A stretch of DNA of 64,000 nt from Ignavibacteriales bacterium (GCA_027348115.1 DAIEQA010000109.1:3104-67103), one strand, 5' to 3'; shown: positions 19,087-29,800, counted from the first letter of the stretch. Notes: generated by a model from the sequence alone, not told the origin. Program-made: numbers and translations.

Positions 19087-21891
19087 ATGAAATTAAAGTT
19101 TATCATTCCTGCCATATTGCTTTCTTTGAGCTGCCTTATTGCTCAAGAATACTCTCAAACATTCCTTTCATTAAAAAATACCGGTGTTGATGCGTTTCTT
19201 AAGAAGTACCCGCAATATGACGGCAGGGGAACAATAATTTTTGTTCTCGATACCGGTTTGGATATGGGAATCGACGGATTGAAAAAAACATCTACCGATC
19301 AGACCAAGGTTATTGATGTACAAGATTTTACCGGAGAGGGAGATGTTTCCTTTGTACCGGCGGATGTGAATGAGGAAAGCGGAATAAAATATTTTGTGAA
19401 TGAGAAAAGCGGTTACAAAGTTGCCGGAGTTGATAAATTATCCTACAAGGCGGAAGACAATAAATATTTTATCGGCGTGTTGCCTGAAAAATTATGGCTC
19501 AATTCAAATTCCGGCGTTAGAGATGTTAACGGCAACGGAACTGAGAACGATAAATTTTGTTTTGTAACATTCAAAACCAAAGCCGACGGAAAAGATTTCT
19601 GGGTGTTGTATCTCGATACAAATTTGAACGGCGATTTATCGGATGAAAAGCCGCTTAGAAATTACAAAGAAAATTTTGACGCGTTCACAATTCCCAACGC
19701 AAAAGGATTGCCAAAATTTACTATGGGACTAAATATTTTTCCTGAAGAGAATAAAGTTTCATTCTTCTTTGATGACGGCGGTCACGGCACACACTGTTCC
19801 GGTATTACCGCCGGTTACAGAATTGGCGATGAACAGCTTAACGGAGTAGCTCCGGGTGCAAATCTTATCGGACTGAAAATCGGGAACAACAATTATCCCG
19901 GCGGCGCAACGGTAACCGAGAGCATGAAGAAAGCTTATTTATATGCCGATAAAATTTCCAAGGAAAGAAAAGAACCTTGCATAGTAACTATGAGCTTCGG
20001 CATCGGTTCGGAAATTGAGGGACAGGCCGATATGGAAAAATTTCTTGACGATCTCACAGCAAAAAATCCTTATCTCTATATCTGCACCTCTAACGGAAAC
20101 GACGGACCCGGAATTTCGACAGCCGGACTTCCTGCTTCTTCTTATGCTGTCTTGGCTTCTGGCGCAGCATTGGCGGAAGAAGTGGGCAACGACCTTTACG
20201 GTGCAATGGTTGGGAAAGATATAATTCTTCATTTTAGTTCACGTGGCGGCGAGGTTCGCAAGCCGGATATTATTTCTCCGGGCGCTGCTGCGTCAACAAT
20301 TCCAAATTACGCGCGCGGCGACGTGATGTGGGGTACCAGCATGGCCTCGCCTTATACTGCCGGCGTTGTATCTCTTCTTTTAAGCGCGGCCAAAGTCGAT
20401 TTTCCGGATGTAAAAATTCCCTCGCAGTTCTTGTTTAAGGTAATTAGACAAAGCGGTACAAAGCTGGAGGGATATACTCATCTTGATCAAGGCGGCGGAT
20501 ATATAAACGCTCTCAACGCGTATGAACTTCTGAAAAAATATATTAAAGAAGGGGAGTTAGAAAAATTCGAAACTTATTATACTTCATCTTTCGCGCCTAA
20601 TATGCCGGCACAGCGCGCCGAAAATCTTTATATAAGAAACGGCTCCTACATTAAGAGTACGGATAATTTTACTTTTATGGTTAAGAGAAACAATTTTATA
20701 AAGAATGATAAGTTTTATAGAATTTATAATCTTAAGAGTGATCAAGATTGGCTTGTACCTACTTCCAGAAAACTTCATTTGAGGAACGATCAAAACGGAT
20801 ATGTAAGCGTAAAGTTGGATAGAAGCAAAATGACCGGACCCGGTCTTTACAACGGAATGATTTACGCAACCCGCGACGATCGGTCCAACTTTCCGGAATT
20901 TGAAATGATGGCAACGGTTGTTATTCCTTATCAATTTAACAGTGCGAATAATTATGCAATGGTTTGGAATAACCAGCTACTATCCCCGGGAATTTTAAAA
21001 AGATATTTTCTTGAAGTCCCCGTCGGCGCCTCGGATCTTCACGTTAGAATTTCCGCAGAAGGAAATAAATTTTCTTCCGTTCGTTTTTATGTGAATGATC
21101 CGAACGGTGAAGCAAAGCTGCTCGGTATTTTTAATTCCGAAGACGAAAATGATTTTGTCGATAGATATCTCGGCGATCTTGAACCGGGCGTGTATGAACT
21201 GGACGTACTCGGAAATTTCAACGCCAAAGCCGGTTCTACTTTCGATCTCATGGCGGAATTCGACGGTGTGAATCGAATGGATAATAATATACTGGGCACT
21301 AAGAAAAATTCCATTCAGCTTGAGAATGTATTCGATAAAGTTCAGATGTATAACCTTGAAGGCGATATTACCGGCTACCGGAAAGTATTTGAAGTTCACA
21401 TGGACAGCGTTAAAACTTACGACATTCCTTTTGAACTGAAGAAAGGCGAGACATCCAAAACTTTTAAGATAGAGATCAGCAAAGAAGATTTTAACAAGGT
21501 TACGGACTTCACTTATGCCGTTTATGATTCTGCTGGCGAAGCGCAGGCTACCGGAGGATTGAGCTATAGAACGGGCGACATCACAATCAATAATAAATTC
21601 AAAGGCGATGCCACAAAATTAAAATTGGTACTTATTCCGGCTTACACTAACAAAGCCGGAGTGATGGATGTAAAAATAACGGAAACGACCGAGCTGGCAA
21701 ACGGATCGAAGATAAAGTTCAAGAATAATTCCATCACGCTTTATCCAACGGCAAAAGAAACATTATCGCTTGAATTCAAAAAACCGGAATTCTCAATTCC
21801 GTCGGATTCTAAATTTAACGGGAAGATTGAATTCAAATCTATTCGTACAGACAAAACGGAATTTGAAGTTCCGCTGATTTTTGAATTTTAG
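19087..21891 (+). CDS. Secreted S8 (subtilisin-like) serine peptidase, large multi-domain form
   Basis: Catalytic triad contexts VLDTGLD (Asp), GHGTHCSGITAG (His) and GTSMASPYTAGV (Ser). Signal peptide present. Confidence 0.88.
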   Translation: MKLKFIIPAILLSLSCLIAQEYSQTFLSLKNTGVDAFLKKYPQYDGRGTIIFVLDTGLDMGIDGLKKTSTDQTKVIDVQDFTGEGDVSFVPADVNEESGIKYFVNEKSGYKVAGVDKLSYKAEDNKYFIGVLPEKLWLNSNSGVRDVNGNGTENDKFCFVTFKTKADGKDFWVLYLDTNLNGDLSDEKPLRNYKENFDAFTIPNAKGLPKFTMGLNIFPEENKVSFFFDDGGHGTHCSGITAGYRIGDEQLNGVAPGANLIGLKIGNNNYPGGATVTESMKKAYLYADKISKERKEPCIVTMSFGIGSEIEGQADMEKFLDDLTAKNPYLYICTSNGNDGPGISTAGLPASSYAVLASGAALAEEVGNDLYGAMVGKDIILHFSSRGGEVRKPDIISPGAAASTIPNYARGDVMWGTSMASPYTAGVVSLLLSAAKVDFPDVKIPSQFLFKVIRQSGTKLEGYTHLDQGGGYINALNAYELLKKYIKEGELEKFETYYTSSFAPNMPAQRAENLYIRNGSYIKSTDNFTFMVKRNNFIKNDKFYRIYNLKSDQDWLVPTSRKLHLRNDQNGYVSVKLDRSKMTGPGLYNGMIYATRDDRSNFPEFEMMATVVIPYQFNSANNYAMVWNNQLLSPGILKRYFLEVPVGASDLHVRISAEGNKFSSVRFYVNDPNGEAKLLGIFNSEDENDFVDRYLGDLEPGVYELDVLGNFNAKAGSTFDLMAEFDGVNRMDNNILGTKKNSIQLENVFDKVQMYNLEGDITGYRKVFEVHMDSVKTYDIPFELKKGETSKTFKIEISKEDFNKVTDFTYAVYDSAGEAQATGGLSYRTGDITINNKFKGDATKLKLVLIPAYTNKAGVMDVKITETTELANGSKIKFKNNSITLYPTAKETLSLEFKKPEFSIPSDSKFNGKIEFKSIRTDKTEFEVPLIFEF

Positions 21892-21956
21892 TTGTTGAAT
21901 ATTAATAGCATAAATACATGAAGTAAATTTCGAATCTTCAAATAGGAGATAGTTGA

Positions 21957-23951
21957 ATGTCTACACAAGAAACTCCCCAGACAAACGGACTTCCGTCCAA
22001 CGCTTATACGGAATTGAAACCGGGTGAAGAATACAAACCTATTATGCCCGCGCATATATCATTTCCCGAAGTTACATCATATTCGGTTGTGACCGGATTG
22101 ATAATGGCTGTATTATTCTCTGCGGCTGCGGCATACCTTGGTCTAAAAGTCGGCCAGGTGTTCGAAGCTGCAATTCCGATTGCGATCCTCGCTGTTGGAT
22201 TATCTAATATGCTGAAAAAGAAAGGAGCGATGGGGCAGAACGTAATTATCCAATCGATCGGTTCTACCTCCGGCGCAGTGGTTGCCGGCGCAATTTTTAC
22301 ATTACCCGGCATATATATTCTAAATCTTCAAGCATCGTTTTTACAGATGTTCTTTGCTTCGTTGTTTGGAGCGTTTCTCGGAATCTTATTCTTAATACCG
22401 TTCAGAAAATATTTCGTCTCCGAAATGCACGGCAAACTTCCTTTCCCCGAAGGTACGGCTACTACGGAAGTTTTAGTAGCCGGTGAAAAAGGAGGCAACC
22501 AGGCATTGGTGCTTGTTAGCGCCGGATTGATCGGCGGCTTATATGATTTTCTTATCTCTACATTCGGAACCTGGGCGGAGATATTTACATCAAGAGTTGT
22601 CGGTATCGGTCAAACAATCGCGGATAAATTCAAACTTGTTTTCAGGCTGGATGTTAGCGCGGCGGTAGTCGGTCTTGGATATGTTATTGGTCTAAAGTAT
22701 TCAACAATAATTGTAGCCGGCTCATTTTTATCGTATTTCGTTTTGATTCCGGTTATATCATTTTTCGGTTCCCATTTAACTGTGAGTGTCGGCTCCGGCG
22801 TTACTTTGTTGGTTAGAGATATGTCTGCAGAACAAATTTTTCAATACTATGTAAGGCATATCGGCATTGGCGCAATCGCTATGGCGGGCTTCATCGGCAT
22901 AGTGCGTTCTTCAAAAGTAATTCGTTCCGCTATTTCCATTGCCGTAAAAGAAATCTTTGGCGGAAAAAATGTTGAGGCCTCAACTGTTCGTACCCAGCGA
23001 GATCTTTCGATGAAGATAATTGTAATCGGCATCATTCTTACGGCGGTAGTAATTTTTATCTTTTTTCTGATGGGCGTGGTTACAAACGTCGTTCATGCTT
23101 TAGTCGGATTGCTGATAGTAATGATTATGTCTTTTCTCTTTACAACGGTAGCTGCAAATGCCATCGCCATTACAGGCAACAACCCTGTTTCCGGAATGAC
23201 CTTGATGACTTTGGTTCTTTCGTCCATCATACTTGTAGCTGTCGGGCTTTCCGGGCCATCCGGAATGGTTTCCGCATTAATTATTGGAGGGGTTGTCTGC
23301 ACCGCTTTATCTGTAGCGGGTTCTTTTGTAACGGATTTGAAAATCGGTTACTGGCTTGGTTCATCGCCTTATAAACAAGAAACCTGGAAGTTTGTAGGAA
23401 CAGTTTTATCCGCGGCAACCGTTGTTTGGATTATTTCACTGCTCGATAAAATTTACGGATTTGCCGGCGGCGGATTGCCGGCACCGCAGGCAAACGCTAT
23501 GGCGGCTGTTATTCAACCGTTAATGTCCAATCAACCGGCCCCATGGATGTTGTATATTGGCGGCGCGGTTGTTTCTCTTATACTTGTTATGGTTGATGTT
23601 CCCGCACTCGCATTCGCGCTTGGAATGTATTTGCCACAAGAAATAAATACTCCTCTGCTCGTCGGCGGCTTGATTGCGCATTTCGTTTCAACAAGAAGCA
23701 AAGATGAAGGTTTGAATAACGCAAGACGAGAGCGCGGCACACTTATAGCTTCCGGTTTTATTGCCGGCGGTGCATTGATGGGCGTTGTAAGCGTTATTAT
23801 CAAAGCAGTGTTGAAAGAAAATAAATTACCCGATTGGTTCATGGAAACCTGGGCAGAATCGAATACCGCGGAAGTTCTTGCGTTTGTTATGTTCTGCTTG
23901 CTTTGCGTTTATATTATTTGGGATTCCATGAGAGCCAAGAAAGAAGAATAA
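21957..23951 (+). CDS. OPT-family oligopeptide transporter
   Basis: 664 aa with about 15 TM segments and a Gly/Ala-rich OPT-type sequence. Sits between two peptidase genes. Confidence 0.8.
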   Translation: MSTQETPQTNGLPSNAYTELKPGEEYKPIMPAHISFPEVTSYSVVTGLIMAVLFSAAAAYLGLKVGQVFEAAIPIAILAVGLSNMLKKKGAMGQNVIIQSIGSTSGAVVAGAIFTLPGIYILNLQASFLQMFFASLFGAFLGILFLIPFRKYFVSEMHGKLPFPEGTATTEVLVAGEKGGNQALVLVSAGLIGGLYDFLISTFGTWAEIFTSRVVGIGQTIADKFKLVFRLDVSAAVVGLGYVIGLKYSTIIVAGSFLSYFVLIPVISFFGSHLTVSVGSGVTLLVRDMSAEQIFQYYVRHIGIGAIAMAGFIGIVRSSKVIRSAISIAVKEIFGGKNVEASTVRTQRDLSMKIIVIGIILTAVVIFIFFLMGVVTNVVHALVGLLIVMIMSFLFTTVAANAIAITGNNPVSGMTLMTLVLSSIILVAVGLSGPSGMVSALIIGGVVCTALSVAGSFVTDLKIGYWLGSSPYKQETWKFVGTVLSAATVVWIISLLDKIYGFAGGGLPAPQANAMAAVIQPLMSNQPAPWMLYIGGAVVSLILVMVDVPALAFALGMYLPQEINTPLLVGGLIAHFVSTRSKDEGLNNARRERGTLIASGFIAGGALMGVVSVIIKAVLKENKLPDWFMETWAESNTAEVLAFVMFCLLCVYIIWDSMRAKKEE

Positions 23952-23959
23952 AAATTTGT

Positions 23960-23994
23960 TTAGTCAAGAGGGATGAATAGTCCCTCTTGACTAA
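23960..23994 (+). terminator. Hairpin after the OPT transporter gene
   Basis: 14-bp stem TTAGTCAAGAGGGA / TCCCTCTTGACTAA. No clear T-run. Confidence 0.55.
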
Positions 23995-24101
23995 TAGCGA
24001 TAGACCAATCTTGAAAACTAAATTTGCTCCCTATCGCCTAACATTTCTCAATTTTGTTCCCAAAGAATTAATGAAGGATTTTATAATTTAAGGAGGTATT
24101 G

Positions 24102-25985
24102 ATGAAAAATGTTTCAAAATTTTTAATAATAATTATGGTGTTACTAATGACTCAACAAATCGGCTTTGCTCAAAACCTAGAACGTAAAGACGTTCCCGAA
24201 AAATATACATGGGATAATTCCATACTTTATAAAAATGTGGATGAATGGCAGAAAGATAGACAGGAAATCGAAAAGCAGATTCAGCAGCTAAAAGATTTTA
24301 GAGGTAAACTCGGAGAAAGTGCCGATACTTTCTGTGCCGGTTTAAAACTTTACTTCGATGTGCTGCAAAGTTTTTATAAACTTTCTGATTATGCAAACCG
24401 TATCAGCGACGAAGACCTACGCAACAGCACAAATCAATCTCTTACGCAGCAAGCCAATACCTTGGGCACGCAGTTCAGCGAGGCCGCCTCGTTTTTCAGA
24501 CCGGAAATTTTGAACATCGATAAGGACAAAGTGAAAAAGTTTTTCCAAGAGAAAAAAGAACTGCATGATTATGAATTCTATGTAAACGATATTCTTAGAA
24601 TGCGCGACCATACGCTTAATGCCGAAGAGGAACAGATACTTGCGAGCGCCGGCTTAATTACAACGACGCCTTCGGAAGTTTACGGCATATTCGACAATGC
24701 CGAGAAACCAAACGCGAAAATAAAATTGTCTACTGGCGAAGAAGTTGAATTATCATCGGCGGCTTATACAAAGTATCGCGGTGTTGCCAATCGTGAAGAT
24801 AGAGAACATGTAATGGAAGCAACTTTTGACAACTATAAAAAATTCCAGAATACGATCGGGGCTAATCTTGCCGGTAAAGTTAGGGCGGATTATTTCTACG
24901 CAAAAAACAGAAAGTACAATACAGTTCTCGAAAGCTCGCTGAGCACAAACAATATTCCAGTCTCGGTTTATGAAAATTTGATTAACCAGATTCATAAAAA
25001 TTTGCCGACGCTTTACCGCTTTTTAAAATTAAAGGCCCGCATGCTCGGCGTGGATACTCTTCATTACTACGATCTTTATACTCCGCTCGTTAAATCCGTA
25101 AATTTTTCGTTTGATATTCCGGAAGGACAGAAACTAATTCTAGATGTAGTAAAACCCATGGGCGAAGAATATGTGAATACCGTTAAGAAAGCTTTCGATG
25201 AAAGGTGGATTGATTATATACCAACAACCGGCAAGAGAAGCGGCGCGTATTCATCTGGTGCGGCTTATGCATACCACCCTTATATATTGATGAATTGGAC
25301 AGGCGATTACGAATCTGTTTCGACTCTCGCGCACGAGCTTGGTCATACAATGCACAGTTATTTTTCCAACAAGAACCAGCCGTTTGTAAAATCGGATTAC
25401 CCGATATTTGTCGCCGAAATTGCATCTACAATTAACGAGACTCTGCTTAATAATTACATGGTCAATCACGTTAAAACTGACGAGGAAAAGCTTTACCTAC
25501 TAGGTTCCTACCTCGATTTGTTAAGAACAACAATTTTCCGCCAGACTTCTTTTGCGGAATTTGAGTGGGACATTCACAAAAAAATTGAGAATGGAGAACC
25601 GCTAACCGGTGAAGAAATGAGTAAAATTTATTACGATATTGTAAAAACATATTACGGCAACGATCAAGGTGTTTGCGTTGTTGATCCTTATATTGCTTAT
25701 GAGTGGGAATATATTCCTCACTTCATAAATTATACTTACTATGTCTATCAGTATTCTACGTCGTTAATTTACGCTACTGCTTTTGCGGAGAAAATTGTTA
25801 AAGAGGGCAAACCGGCAATCGACGGGTTCTATCATATACTTAAAGGCGGCGGTTCGGAATACCCGATTGACTTGATAAAGAAAGCAGGCATCGATCCGCT
25901 CTCTTCCGAAGCTTTCGATTTAACCATAGCCAAAATGAACAAAATTATGGATCAGATGGAAGAAATTCTGAATAAGAAAAAATAA
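24102..25985 (+). CDS. pepF: Oligoendopeptidase F (M3B family), signal-peptide bearing
   Basis: Zinc motif HELGHTMH and length/organisation typical of PepF. ATG 24102 follows AGGAGG. Confidence 0.88.
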   Translation: MKNVSKFLIIIMVLLMTQQIGFAQNLERKDVPEKYTWDNSILYKNVDEWQKDRQEIEKQIQQLKDFRGKLGESADTFCAGLKLYFDVLQSFYKLSDYANRISDEDLRNSTNQSLTQQANTLGTQFSEAASFFRPEILNIDKDKVKKFFQEKKELHDYEFYVNDILRMRDHTLNAEEEQILASAGLITTTPSEVYGIFDNAEKPNAKIKLSTGEEVELSSAAYTKYRGVANREDREHVMEATFDNYKKFQNTIGANLAGKVRADYFYAKNRKYNTVLESSLSTNNIPVSVYENLINQIHKNLPTLYRFLKLKARMLGVDTLHYYDLYTPLVKSVNFSFDIPEGQKLILDVVKPMGEEYVNTVKKAFDERWIDYIPTTGKRSGAYSSGAAYAYHPYILMNWTGDYESVSTLAHELGHTMHSYFSNKNQPFVKSDYPIFVAEIASTINETLLNNYMVNHVKTDEEKLYLLGSYLDLLRTTIFRQTSFAEFEWDIHKKIENGEPLTGEEMSKIYYDIVKTYYGNDQGVCVVDPYIAYEWEYIPHFINYTYYVYQYSTSLIYATAFAEKIVKEGKPAIDGFYHILKGGGSEYPIDLIKKAGIDPLSSEAFDLTIAKMNKIMDQMEEILNKKK

Positions 25986-26001
25986 AGCCGGTTGTAAAAA
26001 A

Positions 26002-26032
26002 AAAGAGACGATGAGGGGCATCGTCTCTTTTT
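26002..26032 (+). terminator. Rho-independent terminator after pepF
   Basis: AAAGAGACGATG-AGGGG-CATCGTCTCTTT followed by TT. Confidence 0.75.
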
Positions 26033-26119
26033 CAGATACCATCATTTGAGGGTTATGATGTGGGCGTAAAAATTTTCAAATCCTTTATAACCCGGCAGCC
26101 GAACGAATTTATTTTTATG

Positions 26120-26278
26120 TTAATTCAAATGAAGCTTTTGTAAAGCCAGTCCAATCGCAGTTTCAACCGAATATCGCTGATCTAAAAATTCAACCGTGAA
26201 CTGGTAAAAATTTTTACGAAACTTTCTTGGAATTATTACGCCGTAAAACGCTCGTGCTATTTCTAATAATTTATCCAT
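26120..26278 (-). CDS. Possible 52-aa small ORF (below the ORF-track cutoff)
   Basis: Hand translation gives MDKLLEIARAFYGVIIPRKFRKNFYQFTVEFLDQRYSVETAIGLALQKLHLN. No recognisable family and no clear RBS. Confidence 0.25.
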   Translation of the reverse strand: MDKLLEIARAFYGVIIPRKFRKNFYQFTVEFLDQRYSVETAIGLALQKLHLN

Positions 26279-26369
26279 TTAATTAATTTAATTCATGCTC
26301 TATTCTAATATTATTATCGTAAAGATTCCCGTATTTTTGATACCGTTTTTAAAATAATTGGAAATTAAA

Positions 26370-27506
26370 ATGACTATTGCCGAAGCCCGCGAGCTATTCC
26401 CGCATCTTAAGACGGATCAAATCTACTTCAACCATGCCGCAATCGGGCCATGGTCGAGCGTTGTATTAAATCGTATTGCGGAATATGCCGAACAACGCAG
26501 CTCATCCAAAATCGAGAATTACAAGTTTGTTTTAAAATGGCATGTAAGTGCAAAAAATAAATTGGGAAAACTGTTAGGCGCCGGGCCGGAACGCCTTGCC
26601 TGGGTGGATAATGTTTCCAACGGGATAAATATTTTAGCACAAGGAATTCACTGGCAAACGGGCGACCGAATAATTTTAAACGATCTTGAATTCCCGTCGA
26701 ATGTCTATCCGTTTATGAATCTAAAAAAGTATGGCGTCGAAATTGACTTCGCGAAATCCAAAGACGGAATTGTTGATGTTGACGAAATAGAAAAACTTAT
26801 TACATCTAAAACAAAATTGATTTCAATTAGCATGGTTCAGTTCTTATCCGGATATAGGGCTGATATGGATTCTATCGGTCAGTTGTGCAGGAAGCATGGA
26901 ATAATTTTTTGCGTTGATGCAATCCAGGCTGCTGGCGTAGTGCAAATAGACGTGAATAAATCCAGCATAGATTTTCTTTCCGGCGGAAGCCAAAAATGGC
27001 TGATGAGCTCGCAAGGGCTTTCTTACATTTATTTAACCGAAGAACTTCAACAAAGGATCGATCAAAAAAATGTAGGATGGACTTCCGTAGAGAATGCATG
27101 GAATCTTCTTGATTATGATTTGACCTTACGAAAAACGGCGGATCGTTTTCAAAACGGTACCCTCAATTCTCTCGGCGTTGCAGTATTCGATGCCTCTTTG
27201 GAATTATTCAATCAATTTGGAATTGATAAAATTGAACAAAGAATTCTTGCCAATACTGGATATTTTATTAATCGACTGGACGAGATTGGCATAAAAGCAA
27301 TTTTAAAAAATGTTGCAAGTAAAAATCGTGCTGGCATTATTTCATTTAAGCATGAAGATGCTAACAAACTGTTTCAGAAATTGGAAGAATCAAGAATATA
27401 CTGCGCTGTAAGAGAAGGAATGATTCGATTCTCGCCGCATTTTTATAACACATCTGAAGAGATCGATAAAGTTATTTTTGCTCTTGGAAATTTTTCGAAA
27501 GGATAA
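26370..27506 (+). CDS. Class V aminotransferase-fold PLP enzyme (cysteine desulfurase / selenocysteine lyase-like)
   Basis: Class V fold layout with a probable PLP-lysine in SGGSQKWL. ATG 26370 lies inside ORF 26358..27506. Confidence 0.75.
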   Translation: MTIAEARELFPHLKTDQIYFNHAAIGPWSSVVLNRIAEYAEQRSSSKIENYKFVLKWHVSAKNKLGKLLGAGPERLAWVDNVSNGINILAQGIHWQTGDRIILNDLEFPSNVYPFMNLKKYGVEIDFAKSKDGIVDVDEIEKLITSKTKLISISMVQFLSGYRADMDSIGQLCRKHGIIFCVDAIQAAGVVQIDVNKSSIDFLSGGSQKWLMSSQGLSYIYLTEELQQRIDQKNVGWTSVENAWNLLDYDLTLRKTADRFQNGTLNSLGVAVFDASLELFNQFGIDKIEQRILANTGYFINRLDEIGIKAILKNVASKNRAGIISFKHEDANKLFQKLEESRIYCAVREGMIRFSPHFYNTSEEIDKVIFALGNFSKG

Positions 27507-27574
27507 AAAAATTGGGCAACGAGCCAAACCCAGGTTGGGGGGGGACCTAAGTCCAGCCGCATTGCCCTAAACTT

Positions 27575-27793
27575 TTATTGTTCGGGATTGTAAGTCAATT
27601 CAATTTTAACATGGAAGTCAGCGCCGCTAAAAAGAGTATATTTGACTTCTCCTATTGTACATTTATAATCTTCACCAACTATATCACTTACTGCTTTGGA
27701 GATTGCATTTTCAAGTGAACCTACACTAACACCTTTTAGTTTGTTCTTCAGTAACTTATCAACATCAATAGCTTTTTCTGAACCGTTCGACAT
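27575..27793 (-). CDS. Hypothetical 72-aa protein
   Basis: Clean ORF in an otherwise empty gap. No family recognised. Confidence 0.4.
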   Translation of the reverse strand: MSNGSEKAIDVDKLLKNKLKGVSVGSLENAISKAVSDIVGEDYKCTIGEVKYTLFSGADFHVKIELTYNPEQ

Positions 27794-27892
27794 CGTTGTG
27801 TTTTCTCCTATCGAAATTTGAAAATTTTTTCTTTTAGACGCAAATTAATTTTTTAGAACTATCTTAAATCATTCAAAAATTCTTCGCAAAAA

Positions 27893-29239
27893 TTACTTCC
27901 TTATAAAATGAAGTAATTCTTCCGTTTTTGCCTTCATTAATTTTTCATCGTGTCTTGATTCCACATTCAATCTCAATAATGGTTCAGTATTGCTCATTCT
28001 AACGTTAAATCTCCATTCCGGGTATTCTACGCTCAAACCATCCAATTCGTCCATTTTTCCATCGGAATATTTATCTCTTATTTCGTCGATTTTAGAAGCC
28101 GCATTTGAAACTGTGGAGTTAATTTCGCCGGAACAAGGATAGTTTGCAACCATCTTATCAACCAGATGAGACATTTTAACATTTTCGTCCGAAATCAGTT
28201 GCAGAATTAAAAGGAACGGTATTAATCCGCTGTCGGAATAAAAGTTATCCCGGAAATAATGATGAGCCGACATTTCTCCGCCATAGACGGCATTTGTTTC
28301 TCTCATTTTCTGTTTGATAAATGCATGACCGCTTTTGGAAACCACGGCTTTACCACCGGCTTTTGTAACCACATCAACTGTGTTCCAAACCAGGCGCGGA
28401 TCGTGAACAATGTTTTCGTTTGAATTGGATTTTAAAATAGATTTTGCGAGCAATCCTACAATGTAATAGCCCTCTATAAAATTCGCGTTCTCATCGAAGA
28501 AGAAACATCTGTCGTAATCTCCGTCCCAAGCCACGCCAAGGTCTGCGCCGTGAGCTTTTATTGCGTCGATGGTTGGCTGACGGTTTTCCGGTAGCAGCGG
28601 ATTAGGAACACCGTTGGGAAAGTTTGAATCCGGTTCGTTGAATATCTTTATCATTTTTATCGGAAGATTTTTTTCAAGCTCATTTAATGCGGGTCCGACG
28701 CAGCCGTTGCCTGCATTCACAACTACTTTAAGAGGTTTTATTCTTTTAGGATCGTAAAACTTTTTCAAGCTGTGAATAAATTCGTTCATTATATCCCGCT
28801 GGTGAACTTTACCTTTTACTTCGGCAATATCTCCCAGCTTACCGTTCAATATCATTTTTTCTACATCATTCAAACCGGAATCGTAACCCATAGGTACGGA
28901 ACCTCTTTTGACAAATTTCAATCCGTTGTATTCGGGAGGATTATGACTCGCGGTAATCATCACACCGCCGTCGGCATTTAAAAATGGAGTTCCGAAGTAA
29001 ATCATTTCTGTACCGCACATTCCCAGATCAATTACATCGCAACCAGCATCGTTTAACCCTCTTGCAAGTGCTTCGGACAGTTCCGGCGAGGATTTTCTGA
29101 CGTCTCTTCCTATTACCACGGATTTGCATTTAAGCAATGTTGCGTATGCCCGTCCGACTTTGTAAGCCAGATCGGTATTTAATTCTGCCGGTACTTTACC
29201 TCTTATATCATAAGCTTTAAACGAAGCTATTTTTTCCAT
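27893..29239 (-). CDS. Phosphomannomutase / phosphoglucomutase
   Basis: Active-site loop TASHNPPEYNG and metal loop GVAWDGDYDR. ATG 29239 (MEKIASFKAYDIRG) is preferred over 29275. Confidence 0.9.
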   Translation of the reverse strand: MEKIASFKAYDIRGKVPAELNTDLAYKVGRAYATLLKCKSVVIGRDVRKSSPELSEALARGLNDAGCDVIDLGMCGTEMIYFGTPFLNADGGVMITASHNPPEYNGLKFVKRGSVPMGYDSGLNDVEKMILNGKLGDIAEVKGKVHQRDIMNEFIHSLKKFYDPKRIKPLKVVVNAGNGCVGPALNELEKNLPIKMIKIFNEPDSNFPNGVPNPLLPENRQPTIDAIKAHGADLGVAWDGDYDRCFFFDENANFIEGYYIVGLLAKSILKSNSNENIVHDPRLVWNTVDVVTKAGGKAVVSKSGHAFIKQKMRETNAVYGGEMSAHHYFRDNFYSDSGLIPFLLILQLISDENVKMSHLVDKMVANYPCSGEINSTVSNAASKIDEIRDKYSDGKMDELDGLSVEYPEWRFNVRMSNTEPLLRLNVESRHDEKLMKAKTEELLHFIRK

Positions 29240-29357
29240 TGAATCTCCGATTTTCTTGTTCAAAAAGCACCGCAAAGATAGTTAAATGCGGAGAAATTTT
29301 TTCTGCGTAGGATTATTTTTTCCATAGATATGTATCTCTAAGAAACATATATTTCAA

Positions 29358-29687
29358 ATGGCAAGTAAAGGAGTTAAGATCGAAACAAATTCTACCGTAA
29401 AAAAAAGATTTATCCGGTGCAGCAATTCAAAATGCAATTTAGTCTTTCATGCAGAGCTAAAAGAAAACTTTTCTGATACGGATTTACTTTGTCCCGAATG
29501 CCGCAATAACCTGGTCAACCATCATATTATTCAATGCAGCAATTGTCAATCCGTAGTAGAGCTTTTAGAAACTGAATTCGGAGAAGATTCGGTAGTTCTA
29601 TTTGTCCGTAAATGCTCTCACTGCACGGGTACTTTGGAAGACGAACAAAAATTGCATGTATTTTTCTATCCTGATTTAATGATTTGA
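29358..29687 (+). CDS. Hypothetical double zinc-ribbon protein
   Basis: Four Cys pairs (CSNSKC, CPEC, CSNC, CSHC) spaced as two zinc ribbons. Confidence 0.5.
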   Translation: MASKGVKIETNSTVKKRFIRCSNSKCNLVFHAELKENFSDTDLLCPECRNNLVNHHIIQCSNCQSVVELLETEFGEDSVVLFVRKCSHCTGTLEDEQKLHVFFYPDLMI

Positions 29688-29800
29688 ACTTTGCCTATAA
29701 AAGTTCTTAAGGGAACTCCTGGATTATATTTAATGTTGAAACTACTGATGTAGTAACAATATTGGTAATCTAATTATTAAATTTTTATAGGAGTTCAAAG

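Noticed and set aside
27507-27574. A GGGCAA...TTGCCC pairing with a G8 run between convergent genes, as a possible structured element.
   Set aside because: It has only a 6-bp stem with a long loop and is most simply a weak bidirectional terminator. Nothing further is supported.
29730-29760. ACTAC-TGAT-GTAGT mini-palindrome upstream of yceI-marR as a possible MarR operator.
   Set aside because: The arms are only 5 bp, which is easily a chance occurrence in AT-rich DNA.
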